Assembly (NCBI GenBank): GCA_039803205.1
Contig: JBDRYB010000004.1
Location: 70,940 to 134,939 of the forward strand
Direction of reading: 5' to 3'
Source: a candidate division WOR-3 bacterium
GTDB lineage: Bacteria > Hydrothermota > Hydrothermia > JBDRYB01
DNA length: 64,000 nt
In this document: positions 19,688 to 27,959 of the stretch, piece after piece
Layout of the letters: each line of letters begins with the position of its first letter
Numbering within the stretch: position 1 is the stretch's first letter
Translations under genes and position numbers: made by a program
Notes under the pieces: generated by a model
What the model saw: the letters and a program-made list of their open reading frames with translations, nothing else
Databases searched by the model: none
Told to the model about the DNA's origin: nothing

Positions 19688-21586
19688 CTATTCCACCACC
19701 TTGTAATCCGTATCATGCGGACCACCATCGCCTCCTTCATCGCTGTCTTTCCCATCGTCAGAAGGGTTTCCTCCGCTGGTCGCCCCAGTGGTCTGGTATA
19801 TCTTAGTTGCTATCCTGTTCCAGGCCTCTTGAAGCCTGTCAAAAGCCTTTCTGATGGCCTCAGGGTCATCTCCTCCTATCTTCTCCCGCAGCTCCTCTGA
19901 GAGCCTGTTTATCTCATCCCGCTCCTGGCTTGTCATCCTCTCCCCGAAGTCCTTCATTGACCTCTCAACCGAGAAGAGATACCCATCTGCTTGGTTCTTC
20001 AGGTCCACTAGCTCCTTCTTGCGCTTATCCTCCTCAGCATGGCGCTCTGCTTCTTCAACGAGACGCTGAACCTCCTCGTCCGTGAGACCAGATTTTGCGT
20101 GTATCTTGATCTGGGATTCTTTGCCCGTTGCCTTCTCTCTCGCGTGGACATGCAGGATGCCGTTCGTGTCTATATCAAAGGTCACCTCTATTTGCGGGAC
20201 GCCTCGCGGGGCCGGAGGGATGCCCGTAAGCTCAAACTGGCCGAGAAGTCGGTTTTCGCTAGCGATAGGCCTTTCGCCCTGATAAACCTTTATCAGGACA
20301 GATGGCTGGTTGTTCTCAGCAGTAGTATAGATCTTGGTCTTCTTCGTGGGTATGGTGGTATTCCTCGGTATTACCACATCAAAACCACCATAAAGCACCT
20401 CAACCCCGAGGGAAAGCGGCGTCACATCAAGAAGGACGATGTCCCTGTCAGCATATTCGCCAGCTATTATGCCAGCCTGTATAGCGGCTCCAACAGCGAC
20501 AACCTCATCGGGGTTTATGCCCTTGTGGGGCGTCTTGCCGAAGAAGTTCCTAACAGCCTCCTGAACCGCGGGCATCCTCGTCTGGCCGCCAACGAGGATC
20601 ACCTCGTCGATCTCAGAGGGAGAAAGTCCTGCATCCTCAAGCGCCTGCCTGCATATGTTTATTGTCCTGTCAATGAGATCCTGAACCATCGCCTCAAGCC
20701 TTGATCTGGTAAGGGAGACATCAAGGTGGTGTCTCTCGTAGAGGAAAGGTATCTTAATCGGTGTCTCCATCTTGAAGGAGAGCTCCTTCTTCGCCTTCTC
20801 CGCGGCCTCCCTTACCTGCTGGAAAGCCTGAGGGTTTCCTCGGATGTCCACCCCTGTCTGGGCCTTGAAGGTCTCCGTGAGCCAATCCGTGATCCTGAGA
20901 TCGAAGTCATCGCCACCGAGATGCGTGTCTCCTGATGTGCTCTTGACCTCAAACACGCCCTCAGCTAGCTCAAGTATGGATATGTCAAATGTCCCGCCAC
21001 CGAGGTCATAGACCGCAACCCGGAGGTTTTTCTCCGTCTTATCCAGGCCGTAGGCCAGAGCTGCTGCGGTTGGCTCCGGGAGGATTCGCATGACTTCAAG
21101 CCCTGCTATGGTTCCTGCATCCTTTGTTGCCTGGCGCTGGGCGTCGTTGAAGTATGCCGGAACCGTGATAACGGCCTTGGTTATCTTCTGGCCGAGGTAG
21201 CTTTCCGCGGCCTCCTTGAGATACTTCAGGATCTTTGAGGAAATTTCCTCGGGCGTGTAGTTTCTTCCCTCAGCCGGGATGAAGATCTCAGCCCTGCCCT
21301 CCTTTCCCTCAACAACCCTATATGACAGCCTATCAACATCCTCTCTGGCCTCCGTGAACCTCTTTCCCATGAGGCGCTTTACCGAATACACCGTGTTCTG
21401 GATGTTCATGGCCGCGGAACGCTTCGCGAGGGAGCCGACCAGGGTCTCATTTCCGTCAAAGGAGACGACGGACGGGGTTATGCGTTCCCCCTCAGGGTTC
21501 GGTATGATGACGGGATCACCTCCCATCACTATCGCGACAGCAGAGTTCGTGGTTCCTAGGTCTATTCCGATTATCTTCTCCTTCAT
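19688..21586 (-). CDS. dnaK: chaperone DnaK (Hsp70)
   Basis: IGIDLGTTNS, DLGGGTFD, VILVGGQTRMP Hsp70 signatures; 632 aa. Confidence 0.97.
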   Translation of the reverse strand: MKEKIIGIDLGTTNSAVAIVMGGDPVIIPNPEGERITPSVVSFDGNETLVGSLAKRSAAMNIQNTVYSVKRLMGKRFTEAREDVDRLSYRVVEGKEGRAEIFIPAEGRNYTPEEISSKILKYLKEAAESYLGQKITKAVITVPAYFNDAQRQATKDAGTIAGLEVMRILPEPTAAALAYGLDKTEKNLRVAVYDLGGGTFDISILELAEGVFEVKSTSGDTHLGGDDFDLRITDWLTETFKAQTGVDIRGNPQAFQQVREAAEKAKKELSFKMETPIKIPFLYERHHLDVSLTRSRLEAMVQDLIDRTINICRQALEDAGLSPSEIDEVILVGGQTRMPAVQEAVRNFFGKTPHKGINPDEVVAVGAAIQAGIIAGEYADRDIVLLDVTPLSLGVEVLYGGFDVVIPRNTTIPTKKTKIYTTAENNQPSVLIKVYQGERPIASENRLLGQFELTGIPPAPRGVPQIEVTFDIDTNGILHVHAREKATGKESQIKIHAKSGLTDEEVQRLVEEAERHAEEDKRKKELVDLKNQADGYLFSVERSMKDFGERMTSQERDEINRLSEELREKIGGDDPEAIRKAFDRLQEAWNRIATKIYQTTGATSGGNPSDDGKDSDEGGDGGPHDTDYKVVE

Positions 21587-21592
21587 CTCTTC

Positions 21593-22078
21593 TCACTCCT
21601 CCATTTGCATCTCCACCACAACCCTTGCTGGCCTCAGGACACGGCCCCTTAGCTCGTAGCCGGGGGCCATTACCTCGGCAACGATGTTTGAACCATCCCC
21701 TCTCCTCGTCTCAACAACCTCCATAAAGCTTGGATCAAAAGCCTGGCCAGGACTCGGAACGATCTTCCTGGCGCCGGCTGACTCAAGCGCTCGATCCATC
21801 TCCTCCTTTATCATTATAACGCCCTCCAGAAGGGCTTTTGGGTCTGGATTGCCTTGCGCGTATTCCAGGGCCCTCTCCATGGAGTCAAGGGCGGGTAAGA
21901 GAGCGAGTATCACCCTCTCCGCGCCCCGTCGTTCCCGTTCCTCAGCTTGGCGCCTGGCCTCTGCTTTCAGGTTTTCCAGCTCAGCCAGGGCCCTCGCATA
22001 GGCTTCCTTATAGCGGTTTCTCTCTTCGGCCAGGCCCCGGAAAAATTCAGACAACCTTTCCCCTAATCCTTTCTTCAA
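21593..22078 (-). CDS. grpE: nucleotide exchange factor GrpE
   Basis: 161 aa; coiled-coil N-terminal region and GrpE C-terminal beta domain (..GQAFDPSFMEVVE..). Confidence 0.85.
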   Translation of the reverse strand: MKKGLGERLSEFFRGLAEERNRYKEAYARALAELENLKAEARRQAEERERRGAERVILALLPALDSMERALEYAQGNPDPKALLEGVIMIKEEMDRALESAGARKIVPSPGQAFDPSFMEVVETRRGDGSNIVAEVMAPGYELRGRVLRPARVVVEMQMEE

Positions 22079-22090
22079 AATCAGCTCTAA

Positions 22091-22119
22091 TTAATAACGG
22101 TTTTTGCTTGGACTGTCAA
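22091..22119 (-). promoter_or_regulatory. sigma70-type promoter for grpE-dnaK-dnaJ-...
   Basis: Minus strand: TTGACA (22119..22114), 17-nt spacer, TATTAA (22096..22091). The -35 is embedded in the inverted repeat TGGACT-N12-AGTCCA. No canonical CIRCE. Confidence 0.5.
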
Positions 22120-22253
22120 GGGCCGAGTCCACTCATCTGACACATTCCATACCCCCGGATTAAAGGTCTGGCCAGGGTTTCCTTGCAATCTACGGGGGTC
22201 TCTGAGATGAAGGCTTATGTAGCCTCTCAGAAACTCTCTAACCAGGAGTCCAA

Positions 22254-22664
22254 GTTCGCTCAAAACTAAGACCTAACCCTGAGCTACCAGAGGATAATGC
22301 TCAAGCTCAGAGGGGTTCTACATGGGGAGAGATTGTGAAATTGAAGAGCACGCGAGGGAATGCCCTCGCGTGCGTTAACCTCTACTCGTTCTTCTGGTTC
22401 ATCCGGCTCCTCCCATCCTCCGTGAATGCCCAATACCTTCTCTGGGTCTTCTTGATCTTGAGCCTCTGGCGGTGGGGTCTAGCGTATCTGTTCAGCTTTG
22501 CTATGGCGTATTTCCTGGTTTTCAGCACGGTGATGGCCATATACTCGTCCACTATCCTGGACTTCTCCTTCTTGGTGGCCCTTCTGTATCTCAGGGCCAT
22601 TCGCATGCTCAGCTGATATTTGGCCCTCCCCTAGCTCAGGGTTAGGATTCTATTTTGAGCGAAC
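22254..22664 (-). mobile_element. MITE-like small element, copy 2 (intact), inverted relative to copy 1
   Basis: Same 12-bp perfect termini (GTTCGCTCAAAA...TTTTGAGCGAAC). About 95% identical to 1519..1947 in reverse complement. Has an internal perfect hairpin CGCGAGGGCATTCCCTCGCG after the ORF. Confidence 0.6.
22382..22606 (-). CDS. element-encoded small basic protein (74 aa, Arg/Lys-rich, unknown function)
   Basis: MRMALRYRRATKKEKSRIVDEYMAITVLKTRKYAIAKLNRYARPHRQRLKIKKTQRRYWAF... GC-rich third positions match genome codon bias. The antisense hydrophobic ORF (22335..22616) has AT-rich third positions and is likely a mirror artefact. Confidence 0.5.
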   Translation of the reverse strand: MRMALRYRRATKKEKSRIVDEYMAITVLKTRKYAIAKLNRYARPHRQRLKIKKTQRRYWAFTEDGRSRMNQKNE

Positions 22665-22762
22665 GCGCAGTTGGCAATGCCACGAAAGGATGCATTATAA
22701 TCTCTCCACACTCGTAATTGAAGAGCCTGGTAAGCTGGTTCAGGCTCTTAAGGAGGTTGATT

Positions 22763-23386
22763 ATGGAAAAGGGAAAAGCGGGAATGTTCGTTGATGTGCA
22801 GAATGTCCAGGTAACCTTTGAGAAGGCTGGGAACGAGGTCAGATATGACAAACTCCTCTCTGAGATAGCAAGGGCATGTGAAAAGGAAGGGCTTTCACTC
22901 TGGAAGGCCGTTGCTTTTGTGCCATTTGACCCCAGGGATCAGCGGAGGGAACGCCTCATCAACGCGCTCTCCTTCATGGGTTACAGGGTAAAATCTAAGC
23001 AGGTCAAGCGCCTTCCGGATGGCTCGGTGAAAGCGAACATGGACATGGAAATAACCCTGGAGATACTATCCGCCGCGGATTATCTGGACATGATAGTAAT
23101 AGTCTCCGGAGACAGCGATTTTGTTCCTCTCATTGATACCCTGAACAGGATGGGCAAAAAGATATGGGTCATAGGCACGAAGAAGGGCGCTGTCGGAATA
23201 GAACTCATAAGGGCATCCGACAAATACGATAACATGGATGACATGGAGGGCGTGATAATTCCTTTCAGCGTTTCCTCAACCAAGTGGGAGGAGGATTTCT
23301 TCACGGTTTCCGGAGGCGTTGAGGAGTTCAAGGAGGGATGGCCAGAGGAAGAGCCGGATATTGGTCAACCTGAGGAAGAGGAATAA
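22763..23386 (+). CDS. NYN/LabA-like (PIN-like) domain protein
   Basis: GMFVDVQNV..., IVIVSGDSDFVPLID... pattern of NYN/DUF88. AAGGAGG SD before the ATG at 22763. Acidic C-terminal tail. Confidence 0.65.
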   Translation: MEKGKAGMFVDVQNVQVTFEKAGNEVRYDKLLSEIARACEKEGLSLWKAVAFVPFDPRDQRRERLINALSFMGYRVKSKQVKRLPDGSVKANMDMEITLEILSAADYLDMIVIVSGDSDFVPLIDTLNRMGKKIWVIGTKKGAVGIELIRASDKYDNMDDMEGVIIPFSVSSTKWEEDFFTVSGGVEEFKEGWPEEEPDIGQPEEEE

Positions 23387-23399
23387 TTAAGCCCAGAAT

Positions 23400-24449
23400 T
23401 TGGAAACATCTCTCTCGCTTTATGACTTTGCACTGCCGCCCGAGAGGATAGCTCAGTATCCCTCCCAGAGGGGGAGGTCAAGGCTATTTGTCATACAGAG
23501 AGATGGCTCGTTCCTGCACGGAAGCTTCTCGGACATCCCGGATTACTTTGAGCCAGGCGATGTCCTCATCGTAAACGATACGAGGGTTCTAAGAGCGAGA
23601 CTCCTCGGCAAAACCCCTTCAGGGGGCAGAGTTGAGATATTGTTCACGAAGGCTAATGAAGCTAAAAGGTTCAGGGCGATCGTCAGGCCGGGGAAGAGGT
23701 TCAAGCCGGGCACGAGGATAGCGGTTGAGGATGAGGTCCTTGTTGTTCTATCAAGGGATGGCCGGTTGGCTGAGCTGGAGATTGAGAGCGGCAATGATGT
23801 CATTATGCTCCTTGAGAAGCACGGCCGTGTTCCGCTTCCTCCATACATAAAGAGGCCTCCGGAGCCTGACGACGAGAAGCGCTACCAGACGGTCTTTGCC
23901 AGAGAACCCGGCTCCGTTGCCGCGCCCACAGCAGGACTGCACTTTACCGAGGAAATCCTTGAGGGAATAAGGGCAAAGGGAACCAAGATAGCCAACATAA
24001 CCCTTCATGTTGGACCCGGAACCTTTAATCCGATAGAGGCTTTGGACCTTAAGGAGCACAACATGGAGGCCGAATACTACACCATCCCAAAGGAGACCGC
24101 GGAGGCGATCCGAGAAGCCAAATCAAAAGGTAGGAGGGTTTTCGTGTGCGGCACGAGCTCGGCGAGGGCCACCGAAACCTGGGCTATGGGCCGGGGGCCT
24201 CTGGCTGGTTGGACAGACCTGTTCATTTATCCGGGCCACGAATTTAGCGTTCCATCCGCCCTCATAACCAACCTTCACCTGCCCAAAAGCACCCCCCTCG
24301 CGCTTGTCGCGGCCTTCTGCGGTAGGGAGCTCATCCTTGAGGCATACAAAGAGGCATTGAAAATGGGCTACATGTTCGGCTCGTATGGGGATGCAATGCT
24401 GGTTCTGTATCGTGTGGCCCCTGGGGAAAACAGGCTTCTGGAGTTTTAG
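23400..24449 (+). CDS. queA: S-adenosylmethionine:tRNA ribosyltransferase-isomerase
   Basis: 349 aa; LSLYDFALPPERIAQYP N-terminus, ..PTAGLHFT.. and C-terminal QueA pattern. Confidence 0.9.
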   Translation: METSLSLYDFALPPERIAQYPSQRGRSRLFVIQRDGSFLHGSFSDIPDYFEPGDVLIVNDTRVLRARLLGKTPSGGRVEILFTKANEAKRFRAIVRPGKRFKPGTRIAVEDEVLVVLSRDGRLAELEIESGNDVIMLLEKHGRVPLPPYIKRPPEPDDEKRYQTVFAREPGSVAAPTAGLHFTEEILEGIRAKGTKIANITLHVGPGTFNPIEALDLKEHNMEAEYYTIPKETAEAIREAKSKGRRVFVCGTSSARATETWAMGRGPLAGWTDLFIYPGHEFSVPSALITNLHLPKSTPLALVAAFCGRELILEAYKEALKMGYMFGSYGDAMLVLYRVAPGENRLLEF

Positions 24450-24844
24450 CCCCCCGCAGTGTTTCAAAATTCCAGATCACCGAACCAAGGGTCCACAGGG
24501 TTAAGGCGTTGTCTGAGCTCCAGCTCCTTAGCTGTCTCCTCGGGGAGATATGGTAAGAGCCTCTTTGGGGGCCTCTGAGGCTGGCCATATACGCTCCTCG
24601 GCCTGCCGCTTTCTGTTCTCACCTTGAGTATGCTACGCCTCGTTGAGGTGAAGAGGTTTAGAAGCGGCTCGTGGTGGCCTGGTTCACCATCCCTCCCTGT
24701 GGCTATGGAATAGGGTATCCTGGCTCTCAGGGGCCTCTAGGCTGATGAGTTTCTCTTCACGAGGGACTATAACCCATGCCTATCTGAGGGTCGTATTCGG
24801 CGATCACATTTTTGGAGCTAAACGCCGGTTTTTAACCAGCAACC

Positions 24845-25513
24845 ATGAGCCAATATAATTTGAAGGTGATCCGTGGCGCTTTTCACCTGCACTCGTCCCT
24901 CTCCTCCGATGGGCAAGGGGATTTTAGGGATTGGGCACTTTGGGCACGAGAGCGCGGGCTTTCCTTCCTTATTTTCACCGAGCATGAGCCTGATGTAACC
25001 GAGGCACAGCTTGCCGGGATGCCTGATGAGGTAGCAGGCGTAAGGCTATTTTGGTTCTTTGAAAAAGGAAACGAGCATTGCCACTGGGTTGAGCTTCCAG
25101 GCATGGCGGTTCTCCTCCACCCGGGCGAACCAAAGTCCCCTGATAAACTTTTCGCTTGCGTGGAGGCGTGGAACCTGAAACGCGACGGGCCTTATCCATC
25201 GCGCCGGGTTCTCACGGCATTCAAGGGACAGGATCTTATGTTCATCGGGGGATGCGATTTCCATTCTCCTCGGTATACGCCTATAGTCCTCGAGCTTGAG
25301 GGGAACGACCCTCTCATTTCGCTACGGGAAGGCAGGTTTGTTTCCCGCCGGGGCAGGGTTATTCTTCATCCGGACGGGAGGGTTGAGGGCGCCGGAATGG
25401 GTTGGAGGGCTTGGGAAGCCCTGATGGCCGGATACCGTGGGCTAAGGTGGATTGCGAGGAATCTCGGCCTGGCAGGGGTTCTCAGGCGGATAAGGAGGAA
25501 TCTGAGAAAATGA
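24845..25513 (+). CDS. PHP-domain (polymerase/histidinol-phosphatase-like) metal-dependent phosphoesterase
   Basis: N-terminal HLHSSLSSDG metal-binding motif typical of the PHP family. Confidence 0.6.
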   Translation: MSQYNLKVIRGAFHLHSSLSSDGQGDFRDWALWARERGLSFLIFTEHEPDVTEAQLAGMPDEVAGVRLFWFFEKGNEHCHWVELPGMAVLLHPGEPKSPDKLFACVEAWNLKRDGPYPSRRVLTAFKGQDLMFIGGCDFHSPRYTPIVLELEGNDPLISLREGRFVSRRGRVILHPDGRVEGAGMGWRAWEALMAGYRGLRWIARNLGLAGVLRRIRRNLRK

Positions 25514-26229
25514 GAGGCAAAAGGGTTCTTTTATACCATTCAATAACCGATAGAGACGGATTTCTCCGGCAGATTGACATTATATCAGGCATGCGAACCT
25601 GTTTTGCTTCTGAGATATTGAGGGCAGAAGCCCCTTGCGTCGCGATAACATTTGACGATGGGTGGTCGGATCTCATCTGGGCTTTTTCCGAATTGAAGGC
25701 CAGGGGCCTCCCGGCCACGCTTTTTTTGACAACAGTGCTTCCAGAGCTGAGAGAAACAGGTCGCTGGGAGAACTTCACTCGGGCCAAATTCCCTCGCTTG
25801 TCAGAGACATCGTTTTTGGTTCCGCTTTCCTGGGATGAACTGCGAGAGCTTGTCAAGGAGGGACTTGAGATAGGCTCACACGGCTACATCCACATCAGGT
25901 TTGCCTCTGGGGCAGAGGAGGAGCTCAGGGTTTCGCGGAAGATGATAAGGGAAAGGCTCAGCGTTGAAACGAAGATATTCGCTTATCCCTATGGAAGGCG
26001 CAGGGACATTGAACTCTCGGCAAAGGGGCTTCTTCCCGCGTCCGGTTACGAGATGGGTTTTATCGGCCATGGCTGGGCTGTCCCCGATGATTGCGATCCC
26101 CTTCTCATTCCGAGGCACCCCGTGAAGGAGTCGTGGTCTCCCGAAAGATTCAAGGGCATACTGGCAGGAAAGACGGATCTCAAGGAGCGGATGTCCTGGT
26201 GGGTTCAGGGTCTTATTTCCCAGAGGTAA
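25510..26229 (+). CDS. polysaccharide deacetylase family (NodB-like) protein
   Basis: ITFDDGW (TFDDG motif) and HGYIH histidine motif. ATG overlaps the preceding stop (ATGA). Confidence 0.7.
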   Translation: MRGKRVLLYHSITDRDGFLRQIDIISGMRTCFASEILRAEAPCVAITFDDGWSDLIWAFSELKARGLPATLFLTTVLPELRETGRWENFTRAKFPRLSETSFLVPLSWDELRELVKEGLEIGSHGYIHIRFASGAEEELRVSRKMIRERLSVETKIFAYPYGRRRDIELSAKGLLPASGYEMGFIGHGWAVPDDCDPLLIPRHPVKESWSPERFKGILAGKTDLKERMSWWVQGLISQR

Positions 26230-26746
26230 TCGTGAGCCTCTCCGAATCTGAGGGGTTGGTCATCCCGCTCTCATCGTAACCCACCACATATATCCAGTAG
26301 TTTCCGTAAGGCCAACCGGAGACATCCAGGTCCAGATATACATCCTCGGAATCCGAATCAAACGAACCATCCGAGGGTTTCATGGATTTCTGGGTAAAGC
26401 CAGGAATCTCCTCAAATGATTCTGTCCTCGCACAGAGCTCAGCCCGGGCTACGCGATGAGTATCGCCGGGTTCAGGACTATAAGTTATGACGGTCGCGAC
26501 CACCCTGACCGTCCTCGCTCCCTCAGTTGGGTTCGGGAAAACGATTAAGCTCGTGATACCGGGGCCGTAATAACTGGGCATTGGAACATAGCATGTTGGT
26601 GCGATGTCTTCTGCCGAGAGTCCGGAAGCCAAGAAACCCAGCAACCCAAAAACTAATCCTGAGGGCAAAACCCCTTTCCTCGCGCCGAGGAAGAGAAGTC
26701 GACAAAGCCCCCGCAGGACATCCTTTTTCATTTTTGCCATGGCCAA
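26213..26746 (-). CDS. hypothetical secreted protein
   Basis: 177 aa; charged n-region (KMKKDVLRGLCRLLFLGARKG) followed by a hydrophobic h-region (LVFGLLGFLASGLSA). Confidence 0.5.
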   Translation of the reverse strand: MAMAKMKKDVLRGLCRLLFLGARKGVLPSGLVFGLLGFLASGLSAEDIAPTCYVPMPSYYGPGITSLIVFPNPTEGARTVRVVATVITYSPEPGDTHRVARAELCARTESFEEIPGFTQKSMKPSDGSFDSDSEDVYLDLDVSGWPYGNYWIYVVGYDESGMTNPSDSERLTITSGK

Positions 26747-26868
26747 ATTATAGATCTTGCGAAACCCGATAAGAAAATCCTTGGCGGAGAACCCCCGCTG
26801 TTTGCTCCTCGGTTATCTTCAGTTCCATCAATCAGGGTTCTGGCCATCGCCACGGAATAATTCCCCAG

Positions 26869-27792
26869 CTATCTCATGAGAACCCACCAGGCCCGCTCCA
26901 GTTTCTCTGGTTTTGGTTTGATGCTTAGAGGCAATATCTCTTCAACTTCTTCCTCAGACAGCCTGTAGGCAAATGCGCTGGTTATTAACGAGCCTTCCTG
27001 GAACCAGGGGCCGGGTTCCTCTTTTCCCCTTTGTAGGGTGAATACCGGCCACCACTCTCCGAGGAAAGCCTCAGCGGCCCCTTCGGTGAGTCCTGCAGAG
27101 ACCAGATTTCTCCTTATCTCGCTTTCGGACGGAATCCCTGCCGGCTCGGGCCAGATCGTCTCTGATGGCCCCAGAATAGGTATGTAATACGAAAGGAGGA
27201 TTCCCTTTTCGGCTCCGGGGTAGCCAATCAGGTATATGATATCATAAACAGGATGCTTCCCGGAGTTCAGGAACCCCATTTTGTCCCCCTCTCTCAGTAT
27301 CCTAACCTTGTTCTCGTATGAGACCTGAGCCTCGTAGAAGATGTAGCCGCACGCGTGCTCGTTCGCGAGGATTGCCGTCGCTTTCTGATCCGTCCAGCAC
27401 GAGGGTTCGGGGCTGGCCTTCTTGGGATCACATTGCCTTATCCTCCAAGAGGGCTTTCCATTTATCTCAACAAATGGTGGTTCTGAGACGGTTATCTTAT
27501 CAGGAGAAACTCCAAGGCTGAGAACCAATTCCTTGGAGATGTTCCCGTAGAAATAGAGGACAGGGGCTTTCACGACAGGCATATCCGAGGTATCCTCTAT
27601 CAGCTCTCCGAATGCTGTGGCCGAGGATATCACCTTGCCTGAACCGAGGTCTACAACTCCCCACTCCGAAACAGAGAAGCTCAGAATAATCGCTATCATT
27701 ATCATATTATAAAGCTTCTCGCACCTGAAGTCTACTCGGTTATCTCTGTGTCTATGGAATCCGGAGAGCCAAGCATTCCCTCCATGTCCCAC
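26869..27792 (-). CDS. hypothetical protein (possible frameshift with 27732..27926)
   Basis: 307-aa ORF; internal hydrophobic MIMIAIILSFSVS. The upstream overlapping ORF 27732..27926 carries an n-region paralogous to the neighbouring gene 26213..26746. Confidence 0.45.
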   Translation of the reverse strand: MGHGGNAWLSGFHRHRDNRVDFRCEKLYNMIMIAIILSFSVSEWGVVDLGSGKVISSATAFGELIEDTSDMPVVKAPVLYFYGNISKELVLSLGVSPDKITVSEPPFVEINGKPSWRIRQCDPKKASPEPSCWTDQKATAILANEHACGYIFYEAQVSYENKVRILREGDKMGFLNSGKHPVYDIIYLIGYPGAEKGILLSYYIPILGPSETIWPEPAGIPSESEIRRNLVSAGLTEGAAEAFLGEWWPVFTLQRGKEEPGPWFQEGSLITSAFAYRLSEEEVEEILPLSIKPKPEKLERAWWVLMR

Positions 27793-27959
27793 CCTGAGAC
27801 AAAGACCCTGTGCTTTCCAGGGGTGAGGCCCGTTATGTCCAGGCCAAGGGGTATCCTTCCTCTTCTTAGCGAGGTCAAAAGAAACCTGGCAAGACCGCGC
27901 GTCAATTCCTTTTTCACCTTTGTCATGTGTAAAATATTAATTCAAGGATGAGGGATCTT

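Noticed and set aside
20039-20704. Long antisense ORFs inside dnaK, rpoD, dnaG and the FG-GAP genes (e.g. 20039..20704, 13353..13828, 10823..11296)
   Set aside because: They lie entirely within strongly supported conserved genes on the opposite strand and have no start context or homology signal.
22105-22137. CIRCE heat-shock operator upstream of grpE
   Set aside because: The inverted repeat present is TGGACT-N12-AGTCCA, not TTAGCACTC-N9-GAGTGCTAA. It is kept only as an unknown palindrome overlapping the promoter.
24725-24760. CUGAUGAG hammerhead-like core in the queA-PHP intergenic region
   Set aside because: No downstream CGAAAC/GAAA element and no stem I/II/III pairing. An isolated heptamer match is expected by chance.
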